Assembly: GCA_013239625.1 (NCBI GenBank)
Contig: MU056134.1
Coordinates: forward strand, 3,422,477 to 3,486,476
DNA from: Lama guanicoe
Taxonomy: Eukaryota
DNA length: 64,000 nucleotides
Direction of reading: 5' to 3'
Shown here: positions 1-10,019 of the stretch, piece by piece
Layout of the letters: each line of letters begins with the position of its first letter
Numbering within the stretch: position 1 is the stretch's first letter
Program-made: the position numbers and the translations under genes
The notes under the pieces: model-generated
The model's input: the letters and a program-made list of their open reading frames with translations, nothing else
The model's database searches: none
Told to the model about the DNA's origin: nothing

Positions 1-920
1 TATACCACGCTTTCATGTTTACTTACAAAGCACCTTCCCCCACTGACAACTCACAACATCCGCAAGGAATTAGTAGGCTGGAAGGGCCAGTGGTGAGGCG
101 CGCGCACCCCCTGCTGGCACCCCGGCGCGCTGTAGCCTCACCCCGCTCCCGCCTGTCCAGAGCTCAAGAGGCCGAGACGCGAGCGCCCGGGCAAGGCTTC
201 CTGGGAAATGTCTGGTGTGTACGTGTTAGAACTACAAGTCCCGGTAGGCACCGCGCTCAGCCCTGAAGATGAGGACACTTTCTGATGACTCTGAATCTTG
301 TCAGTGCCTTTAGGAATGCTGCACAGGCCTGACTCAGTATTCACAGGAGGTTTTGGGAGAACACAACACCTCCGCTGGGTGCTCACAAACAGGCTTTGCT
401 TCCGCGGCTTCCTAGGACTCGCTCGGTGTGGCGAATCTGCCGTTGCGGCACGATGGCTGGGCGCGCAAGGCCCTACGGGAAGCTTGTGGAATCTGCCGTG
501 GGAAGAAGGACGCCAGGTTTCTGGGGCTCCTACCGTCATGGCGGCCACGGCCCCCGGTACCGGGGGCTCCGCGCCTGAAGCGGCGGCTTCCGCCGAAGCC
601 CCGTTGCAGTACAGCCTTCTTCTGCAGTACCTGGTGGGTGACAAGCGTCAGCCCCGGGTCCTGGAGCCTGGGAGCCTGGGCGGGATCCCGAGTCCCGCCA
701 AGAGTGACGAGCAGAAGATGATCGAGAAGGCGATGGAAAGCTGCGCCTTCAAGGCGGCGCTGGCCTGTGTGGGAGGTGAGGCGACGTGGGGGGCATTTAA
801 GAGGCTGAGAGCTTGGAAGGCAGCGGGGTCCAAGAAGGCCGCGCACCTGGGAGGCGTGGAGCCCGTGGACCTTGACCTTGACCAGTCTCCACCTGGTTCA
901 GTGAACTCGAGCAGCGCGTC
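1..920 (+). promoter_or_regulatory. TIMM22: CpG-island promoter of TIMM22 (covers exon 1)
   Basis: Dense CpG and high GC around the start codon; ZNF143-type motifs at 191-215, 231-255 and 461-489; boundaries approximate. Confidence 0.85.
538..775 (+). CDS. TIMM22: TIMM22 exon 1 (coding part, 238 nt)
   Basis: gtcATGG start; donor GAG|gtgagg at 776; phase 1. Confidence 0.97.
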
Positions 921-3291
921 CCTAGACCCCAATATTGTCTCTAGTCTCTGGAAATCGGGTCAGAGAATAGGTCCTGGGTCAGGGCCTTGGGGGTATAAGA
1001 TGCTCGACCTCATTCATTCATTCATTCATTCGGTTTTAAATAATCATTTTTAAGCAAATTGTTACTGAGCAACTATCACGTGCCTGGCAGTGGAGAGACA
1101 GGGCGAGAGCCTTGTCCTCACGAAGCTAATATTTTAATATACATAGAAATAAAAATGTTGAGAAGGAGCCTGGAGGAGAGTGCTGCAGACATAGGGAATA
1201 GCACCTGCAATGGTCTTGAGGTTAGAAAAAACCCCAGAAAAACGAGTGTGGCCAGTGTGACTAGACAGAGGGGGAATGAGGGGAAAAGAAGTTGACTTGG
1301 CTTTTTTTTTTTTTTTGAGGATTTGAGGGGAGAGGTGTTCTTCCTGTGCAGAGTAAAGAGGCTGACCACAGTTGCAGATGAGTTGCAATCTCATTGAGAA
1401 TGAAAGGCAGTTAAGAAACGAGCGTGGTGAGTGTAACAATGTGAAGTAGGGTAGAAAAAGAAGATTTTTTTTGGTTGGGGGAAGGCCACAAGAGGAGGTG
1501 AGACTGGAGCCATGTCTTGAAGGATGAGAGAATGAGGGTATACAAAGAGGAGGGGAACTGTCATTTCAAGATGGGAGTGGAGGGAGGTGTTTGGGCTTTT
1601 TGCCTGCAGGCATTAGGGCAGTAACTGATGGTTTTTTAGAGGGTAACTGGTGGTAATGAGCATGAGGACTCAGGGTGGAGTGTGGCAAAAAAAAAGAAAA
1701 GTCTGTAGATAGGGAGACCGAATAGGAGATTTGCTAGACTGAAGCTCTCTGAGACGTGGACTGGGTCTTTGTTCATCACTGTGTCAGATCCTAAAAAATC
1801 ACTTATCTTTTGAAATGGTGGATGAATCTTTGGAGTGCTCCAGGTTGGAAGTGATAAAGGCCCTAGATTAGGATGATAATTGTGAACTTAGGGTTACAGT
1901 GAAAAGCAAAGAGCAGTCAGAAATGCCCCTGAAGTTTGGACCAAGAGTGATTGGAAAGAAGGAGCCATAAGTAGGAGTCTGGAGGGGAGGTGCCCGTGAT
2001 TTCGTTGAACATGTACTGACCTTGAGGTGGTGAGAGAGAGGAGATTCATATGGAAATGTCCAGCAGGCTCAGGAAGTCAGCTGTGGACAGCAGTGTGGGG
2101 TCTGTCATTTGGTAGCTTTGTGACCTTAGGGAAGTCACTTAACCTTTCTGAGCCTCAGTTTCTTCAGCTAGTGAAAGGAGAAAATGCTAGTATAGACCTA
2201 ACAGGACTGTGAAGAATAAATAAGGCTGTGACTATAAAGCATTAAGAGTAATTGGCACATGGTACTTACCAAATGACTATTATGAATGTCACCATCATCA
2301 CAGGAGTGGTTTGCAAAGTTGATGACTGATACTTGGGGGTGACTGGTTCACATATGAGAGTATAGAGAGAGAAAGAGGGTTAAAGACTGAATCTTGAGGA
2401 ATGTTAGGAAATGAAAGGAGGAAGAAATCCAACAAGAGACAGAGAAGCAGCTGCCAGCAAGATAGATCCTGGACTGTGTATGTAGTACCAGGCAGGTGGA
2501 GAGTTTGTGAGGCAAGGGGGTGGGTGTTCCTTTCACTGGCGGCCATCCAAAAGGTGCCATTTGTCAAATTAAAAGTTAACAACAAAAAAAGTGCTGTTTG
2601 AGTTTGACCCCATTACAGTAATCCAGAAAACATGCCAAAGAAATCTTCATCTCTGTGTTTGTTTTTAGGATTTGTCTTGGGAGGTGCATTTGGGGTGTTC
2701 ACTGCTGGCATTGATACCAATGTGGGCTTTGACCCTAAGGATCCTTACCGTACACCGACGGCAAAAGAAGTTCTTAAGGACATGGGGCAGAGAGGAATGT
2801 CCTACGCCAAAAATTTTGCCATTGTGGGCGCCATGTTTTCTTGCACTGAGTGTTTGGTAGAATCTGTAAGTGTCCCTGCCTTCTGAGAAAGCCTTGCCTG
2901 TTTTCATCTTACAACTTCTCAGGAGAAATGCTCTTAATGTTACTAGAAAGCAGATCAGAAATGTCCAATACTTGTTAGATTCAATTTCCGTTAAATAGTC
3001 CCTAAAGCAAATTTTTTGTGCGCTAATGATTGGGGCTTGCATTATTTTTTACTTGTTTTTGTAGGCTAGAAGTTGTAGGCTAGTATGTTAATAATTTTAA
3101 ACATGAAACTTATTGGGGAACTTGAGAAGAGATTTTGATTACTTCTCAAATGTTGCCCTTGGTTTCAGTGCTCTAGGACACCTTCAGGAAGCGTTAGTGA
3201 ACACATTCAAATTTTAGGAACTATACTTTTGAAAAAGAAAAAGATTAAGTTTCCTATGGGGAGGGACTGAATTAGCCAGCTTGAAACCCTG

Positions 3292-3331
<40 letters not shown>

Positions 3332-4944
3332 CTTAATCATCTTGTCTGGCTTATTTCTTTGGCTCTGAACTGCTTTTCTCCACCCGCAGTACCGGGGAAA
3401 ATCAGATTGGAAGAACAGTGTCATTAGTGGCTGCATCACTGGAGGAGCCATTGGTTTCAGAGGTTAGTAAACAGTTCCCAAACGGTTTTCTATGTGGCCT
3501 TGAACAACATGCTGAAGTTGACATTTCAAACATGAGTGTTCCAGGGACAGCGCAAGGCATATGCAAATACTGGATTCTCTTCCCTTCTGACAAGGAAATC
3601 ATGTGTGCTTCTGTGTTAACTCAGTTTTGGAAACTTCTAGTATCTAGATCAGGATTTCTGATCCTTGGCATTGTTGACATTTTGGACCAGATGAATCTTT
3701 GCTGGGAGCGGGCAGCTGTCCTGTGCATTGGTAGGATGTTTAGCAGCATCCCTGGCCTCTACCCACTAGATGCCAGTAGCATCCCTTAGTTGTGACAACT
3801 AAAAGTGTCCCCAGACATCACCAGATGTCCCTGGGGGACAGAGTCACCCCCAAGGTGAGAACCATAAATAGATCCAGACCTGTCTTAGAAAGCTGCCCCT
3901 ACATGGGAAATAAAGGAGACTATCCTCACAATAAGTAACTTCTGGAGTACGTTGCTATGCAGGGTAGTAGAGAAGCAGAGCTGGGCCTCATGCAGCCCTG
4001 GAAGGCCTGCTGTCCAAATAGTGGGCTCTGCTGAACTTTCAGCTCTGTGCATTTCAAACAGTTAGACTTTTTTTTTTAATTACTATACAATTGTCACCTT
4101 AATTTTGTGTATAAGTTATCACAGTAATGTCTTTTTGCAATTTAGGATTCTTAGATTTTTACTGCTTGAAAGCCAAATATAGGTGTTCTAGAAATGTTGG
4201 ATTATCAGCTGTAAACAACAAAGAAAGAAACAGCTTCCCTGCCCCTTCTCCCTGTTGGTGTGCGTCAGTGACTTGACTTTCCTAACGGTCCCCATTGCTG
4301 GGCCACTTTTCAGCTGCTGTGCCCAGACTTAGCCAAAGCAAAAAGCCTATTTTCTCATTTTTTGAGAGGAGGGGTGATTTGCTATCATTAAAACCTGTTT
4401 TTACTCCTCAAACAGCCGTTTGTGATTTATAGGGTAACTCCTTCTTTGGTCTTCCCATCTCTCAGCCTTGTCAGGGTCTTTGAGAGGCTCAGATCCCTCC
4501 AGAATTGCTTTGATCACCTTCCCAGGAATTTATTCCATAAACAAATCAGGGTAACAGGCCATATGCTTTCACTTGATTCCAAGGACTGGTGCTCTTAACC
4601 AGTTTCATGCCTGTGAGGGGCTACTTTCATGAGACTGGAAATAGTCATTCTTTAGAATGAGAAAAGCAAAATGGACGTACAGTTAGATAAAAGCACACTG
4701 GATCAGATTGTGTGCACAGCGTCATCGAAGTCTCCCAGCTCTCTGCTAAGTTGAAAGACTTAGAACATGATGGTTTCTTTGCATCTATGGGTGTGCAAAC
4801 TTTTCCTGAATGCAGCCGGTACTGGCATCTCTCACCACAGGTAATGTCATCTCTGTTTGCTTTACAGCTGGCTTAAAGGCTGGGGTCATTGGTTGTGGAG
4901 GTTTTGCTGCTTTCTCTGCTGCGATCGATTATTACCTACGGTGA
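538..4944 (+). CDS. TIMM22: Mitochondrial import inner membrane translocase subunit Tim22; join(538..775,2669..2865,3390..3462,4868..4944), 585 nt, 194 aa
   Basis: Spliced translation MAATAPG...LQYSLLLQYLVGDKRQPR...MESCAFKAALACVGGFVLGGAFGVFTAGIDTN...[68 protein letters not shown]; all introns GT-AG and phases close. Confidence 0.98.
1010..2530 (-). mobile_element. Fragmented L2 LINE, interrupted by a MIR
   Basis: (TTCA)n L2 tail at about 1010 followed by ttactgagcaactatcacgtgcctggca and purine-rich L2 body fragments; limits approximate. Confidence 0.6.
2090..2285 (+). mobile_element. MIR SINE
   Basis: MIR core tgtgaccttagggaagtcacttaacctttctgagcctcagtttctt. Confidence 0.85.
2669..2865 (+). 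CDS. TIMM22: TIMM22 exon 2 (197 nt)
   Basis: Acceptor gtttgtttttag|GA; donor TCT|gtaagt; GFVLGGAFGVF...CLVES. Confidence 0.97.
3295..3326 (+). repeat. (TG)16 microsatellite in TIMM22 intron 2
   Basis: Perfect dinucleotide run. Confidence 0.98.
3390..3462 (+). CDS. TIMM22: TIMM22 exon 3 (73 nt)
   Basis: Acceptor ctccacccgcag|TAC; donor GAG|gttagt; [24 protein letters not shown]. Confidence 0.97.
3650..3866 (-). mobile_element. MER20 (hAT-Charlie) DNA transposon, near full length
   Basis: aggatgtttagcagcatccctggcctctacccactagatgccagtagc...gttgtgacaac matches recalled MER20 consensus; left flank atctagat is a hAT-type target. Confidence 0.9.
4868..4944 (+). CDS. TIMM22: TIMM22 exon 4 (coding part, 77 nt)
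   Basis: Acceptor tttgctttacag|CT; [25 protein letters not shown] then TGA at 4942-4944. Confidence 0.97.
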
Positions 4945-6856
4945 GAGCAGTTGCCTCCAGAGAAGGACAGTGCCAGCCCAGGATCAGAGCTGTTCTGTGG
5001 AGGGCGGTTTCTGCTCTGCTCCAGGGCACTGGCTTCAGAGACTGAAGACATTGGTTTTTCCTTATATAGTTGGTGTCATGCAGGAACCGCCTGGCTTCAG
5101 TCTGCCTCCAGCCTCTGAGCGGCCACACTCTCTGCTCCTGGACTCCCCAGGCTGTGTGTGGGATGTATGCCATGCCAGCTCCTCTCTCTCGCGGGCAGTT
5201 CAGGAGTCAGTGTGTTGACTTGGAGGAATTGAGTTCCACAGAGGTTCAGTCCTGACCACATCTGGCCCCCTGGTTGTTTGGCGCTGTGGGAACAGAGGGC
5301 ACTTTACATACCCTGGAAGCTCTTCTACCTTGGACGTCCGTGCAGTCATCCATCTCACACATCAGGGCAGGGCAAAGTTTACGCTGTCTGACCAATTATG
5401 TCATTTTGTTTAGCATTCTGCTATCCTTGTTAAAAATATATATATATTTATATTACAGTTTAAATGGTTGGTTTATTTTTATTTTCAAATTTCATAGTTC
5501 CCAAAAATGGTACTAGATGGCCCAAAGATTAATATCCAAAGGGAAACCATGAGAAAGCTCCTAAGAATTCTGGGAGTGTGGGATTCTCAGGGTCTGTACA
5601 GTAGTATCCTCACTGAGATTGTCCCATTGGCCAGGGCCTTCCCCACAAAGAAGCCCAGCCTTGCCATGTCCTAGGATACATTGAAATTCCATGAATAACC
5701 CCTACCAGCCTCTTCTAAAAAACCCTCCTGTGTGCTGGCCGATAGGAATGCCTGCCGTCTGAACCACACGGTGGTGGTATGCTGTGACTGCTGGACCAGG
5801 CCCTGGTCAAGGACACATGTGAAAGGTCCTGCTGTGATCATCGTGGTGACTAAATCCCAGGAGCTGTGGGCTACGATCAGGCATTGTTGAGGAGCTGTTC
5901 ACTGGTACCCTTTTTCTCTGGTGCCAGTGGTTTTTTTCCCCCTTGAACACGTGTTTTTGAGTTGATCTGGTGGCCTTTTTCTGACAGTTGCAGCTCAGCC
6001 TCATTGTGCGCCACAGGCAAAAGCCCAGCCTTTTACAGTCGGGGTCTGCCGCAGGTGCTGCTTTACTCCAGTGCTTCGGCGGTGGGGTGGAGATGAACCT
6101 GGCTTTTGCTCTTGGTGACAGGCAGGTAGCTTGGTGGGGGCCATGTAATTCGGGCCACCTTCAGCCAGTGGTAACAGCTCTTTTATTTTACTGGATAGTC
6201 ATTCCTTTGCCTTCTTTTGGCTTTCTTTCCTTGTCTGTCTTCTGGCTTACCCACCCTTAACCAGAATTCAGACTGAGCCGAACCATCCAGACGTCTTGAG
6301 TGTGTGTGTGATAATGTCAAGCCCAGCTGGTGACACCTTCCTCTGCCATGTCTGCTGTTCCCTTGGAATGAATGTGAGTACAAGGCTCATGTCCTTCTGT
6401 GGTGCATTCTATATAATGCCTGTCCCAGTCTCAGTCATGAGGCTCCACTGCTGCTAGGCTGGCTGGAGTATCCTAGGAGGTCTGAGAACAAATTTAGGAG
6501 CGTTTCCTATATTATCCCTAAATAAGTCATCTATAAGCACTTAGAGCAAGAGCAAACACTTGGACTCGGTACCTGTTAAAGTGCTAGGATGCACGCCCCT
6601 TCTGCCATCCAGTCTAGTGCGTGGGGTCCGATATGCTGAATGACTGAGTACAAGAGATGCTACACTCACAACTGCCTTGGAAAAGATGAACCCTCGGCTG
6701 TCAGTGGCCATCAGTACAATAAGCCAAGCATTGTCCATATTGACTCTTCAGTCAGAGAGAGGAGATGAATAGTTTCCTGTTTTAGATGGCTAAGGAGTCA
6801 GTATGAGCTCATAAACCAAACACCGATTTTCAGAGACATCTGTTCCTGATCTCCAG

Positions 6857-6862
6857 AATAAA
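6857..6862 (+). terminator. TIMM22: Candidate TIMM22 poly(A) signal AATAAA
   Basis: Canonical hexamer about 1.9 kb after the stop codon. Confidence 0.5.
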
Positions 6863-7384
6863 CAGTGTCCAGTGGCTTAGGCTGGTGGGAGCCTGCGTTA
6901 ACCCCACTCACTCTCTAAAGGGAGACTGGGCCCTCTAGGGGACCTAGCCTCTCCAACAAGCAGATTAGGCAAAAGGCTGCCCCAAAGACCTGCCACTTCC
7001 AAGGAGAATGTAGCGAAGTTTATGTAAAATGAGCGTCCATTTGAATGGACAGCTTCCTGCCACTTGTCTGAGGCATACTGATGGCCAGGTCCCTGGTGGG
7101 GCATTTGTATTTTGTGAAGAGAACTGTCTGGTGACTGACCTGGAGGCATTTGTGAAAGAGCAAGGAGAGGGCATGGGTTCACCTCCCCCAAAACTGCCAT
7201 GGTCCCCACAGGCCTCAGGGAAGTGCAGGGGGTAGTTTAGGTAAATAGATTCTTGGAAACTCACATCTGGATGCAGCTGGAAGAGTTAAATATTTAGATT
7301 GGTGGTCTTCCCTGGACTCCTGAGAACACAAACGTCCACACCACAGGGCTGAGTTGTGTGCAAATGTTGGGGCTTTGCATTTTT

Positions 7385-7390
7385 TTTATT
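7385..7390 (-). terminator. ABR: ABR poly(A) signal AATAAA
   Basis: Minus strand reads tatgtaga...gatgtaaa...gttAATAAAaaaaatgc, with upstream UGUA elements and a downstream GU-rich tract (tgtggtgtggacgtttgtgttc). Confidence 0.85.
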
Positions 7391-7486
7391 AACATTTTCC
7401 TCTTCACGTGGTTTACATCATTTTATAATAATCTACATAAGTTGAAACAGAACATAGACCAAAGAAAAATATATCCTTACCAACTT

Positions 7487-7492
7487 ATTAAA
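7487..7492 (+). terminator. TIMM22: Candidate distal TIMM22 poly(A) signal ATTAAA, inside the ABR 3' UTR
   Basis: Second-commonest PAS hexamer in an AT-rich block; position fits my recollection of overlapping human TIMM22/ABR ends. Confidence 0.45.
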
Positions 7493-9929
7493 GTCAAATA
7501 TGAATGAAGGGTCCCATCCTACCTGTATCAGCAAACGCCGGCAGCCCACAGCCATTTCCAGCAAGGACAGGCACCCGGGATTCCTGTAGCCTGTCTGCTG
7601 GGCTCCAGTTGGCACAGCCTGCCCTCCTGGGCACAGTGGCTGGGGGTTCTGGGCTGCACAGTCCCTGTCTCTCAGGAGAACCCATGGGCTATTTCCTTGG
7701 TGCAGCTTTAGTCCAGGTCTGGTACCTGCCCCTCCCCACTCTGGGGGTGGAATTTATAAATATTCTGAGCCTTTTGCATTTCTTAGCCCTTCCAGCCTTC
7801 CTCCCATTCTCATATGGCCTAAGCAAGGTTGGGGACTGCAGTAGCTACCTGATGCTGAGAAGCAAACATCCCTTTATTTTGGGGGAGGTGGGAGGCACTG
7901 TAATTAGCTCTAGCTGGGCCTCCAGTTCATTCCAGTCAGTGGCTTTGGAAGCAAAGACTTCCATGCCACACACCAGCTCCTGAGCGCCGAACAGACTCCA
8001 GGGATGGTCAGACATGGGGATCTTTAGACTCAGGTGGCATTCTTTCTCCACCTCCTGTCTCAGGGAGCAGGGCTCCTTGCTGAGCTGCTAATAGGCGCCA
8101 GGGGGTCAGTATTTCCCTCCTCTTACGCATCTCTTTCCTCCAGCTTGCACAGAATGTACCATTCTGCCCACGACTGGGCATCAGGTGTAAACAAGATGAG
8201 AAAGCGCCCTTCCCCTCACTGAGCAAGTGCCACAGCTTCTTTTAAAACAGCCCAGATCTCAAGCTAGGGGAGCTGTTCTCTCCAATCCCAAGGAATTGAA
8301 TCAGGTCTTCGTCACCACCGAGGAGAGCCAGGGAGCTGTGCACTGCGGCTCAAGCCCTTGCAGCCCCAAGTGACTGCCCTCCCAGGCCAATTGCCACAGG
8401 ACAGCCGCTGCTGCTCAGTGGGAAGAGACTGCGCTTTGGGGCTACTTCTCACTCCTTTCCAGACTGAGCAGTGGGTCTCAAAGTTGGGAAGGGAACCTGC
8501 TGATCCCTGAATGTCAACAACAAGGGTTCCCTGCAAAACCCAGTTCCCAGAGAGGACCGTGCCTGTGACTCCTCATTCTTCCCCAACTTCTAGAGTTTCG
8601 CAGTTACCCCAAAAGTCTGCATCCAAGAAGCTGGGGGTAAGGAGGCAGCACCATGACGGCTGGCTACTGCTGGACTGTGCCTACCTGTCCCAGGCCCTGG
8701 CGCACACGTGGCCGTGGGGGCTGCCCCATGGCAGTGCTTGGCTGTGGAGAAAGTGTAAAATCTAAGGCAAAGGTACCACGAGGTGCATGAGCCACCAGGA
8801 AGGGCTCCCCCCTGGACAGAGCCTGCCTGTTTCAGGAAACCTGTTCAGCCCTAGTAGTTGCCCTCCCAGAAGCCTGGCTCCCCTAGAAAAGCCACAACTC
8901 CTTGCTGCTGAGAGCCTCTGCCCCCCAACTTAGGACCCCCAGCGCCCCGTGGCGCTCCTCTGAACATCCAGCCTGTCCTGTTTCCTCAGTGGCCCGACTC
9001 TCCCATCTCCCTCGATTCTTTCCTGACCGCCGGCTACCATGATAGCAGGTCACTTGTGAGTCTTTACTCTCAAAGGAAATCTACCACCAGGGTAAAAGGA
9101 ACTGAAAAGCAGTAGAAGAAACAGTCAAAGATGCCTCACTGCTACTGGAGACAGAACAGATAAACCCCAGAAATGGAGGCTCTCAGGTGGAAAATCCCAG
9201 AAATCCATTCTCCAGCCTGTGCTAAGCTGAGGATTAGTGTGAGCCTGTCTCCTTGTCCGACATTTGCACAGGCGGCCAGGCCAAGCAGGTGTGCTTCCAC
9301 GGGTGGAGGAGGGCAAGAGGGCCAGGGGGCGGCATCTGACCAGCCGCCACTGCCACCGCCACTGCCACCCAGGGCCTCCTCAGAACTTTCCAGGTGACGG
9401 ATCAAAAACCAAGGCTGCACATGCATGCGGGCAGGCCGGGAGGGAGGAGAGGGTAGGGGAAGGCCGAGGGGAGGCTGCCAGGAGAGGGCGATCTGGGAGC
9501 AGGGCCAAGAGAGGAGAAGCTGGCAACAGTTACAGTGCAAAAGAAAAGCCCTTGGACTGGACTCTGGAGGAAAGTGTTGGAGGAAATGAAAGAACAAAGC
9601 AGGCTGTCTGTGTGCCCGCACCAGGTCGGTCACTACCTTTTCTGCATGACAAACAGACGTAAAACAATTCCCGAACGGCACGGAGCATTAGACACAACTA
9701 GAGGTGCAGAGGGCAGAGCCCAGGGTGTGCGGTGAGGCTGGGGCTGGGGCAGCTGGCTTTGTACAAGGTGGCACAAAAGATGCACGTCTTCCAGTTCTTG
9801 GAAATCTGTGTCCCTTGGAGTCTGGAGCACTGGGTTTGGAAGTTTTCTATTGTAGTCCTTCAAGTCTGTGTTGGGTCCCTGCTGGAGAGGCTGGCTCGGG
9901 CCACCCCCCACAGCTGCTCCCACCTCAGG

Positions 9930-10019
9930 CTACACGTCGGTGGAGAAGTACAGTGTGTTCCGCTTTAGTTCTGCGAAGGAGATGGGGGGGTGCTGCAGGT
10001 AGTAGAGGAGGACCTGGAC
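9930..10019 (-). CDS. ABR: ABR exon 23 (last coding, 90 nt)
   Basis: cccacag|GTC; [32 protein letters not shown]; class I PDZ-binding C-terminus. Confidence 0.96.
   Translation of the reverse strand, partial: VQVLLYYLQHPPISFAELKRNTLYFSTDV

Larger units (their letters stand above)
7365..9929 (-). other. ABR: ABR 3' UTR (about 2.56 kb; cleavage site approximate)
   Basis: Lies between the stop codon and the poly(A) signal. Confidence 0.75.

Noticed and set aside
776-1053. The 251-aa ORF continuing past TIMM22 exon 1
   Set aside because: Read-through of a consensus donor into intron 1; Tim22 similarity resumes only in exon 2
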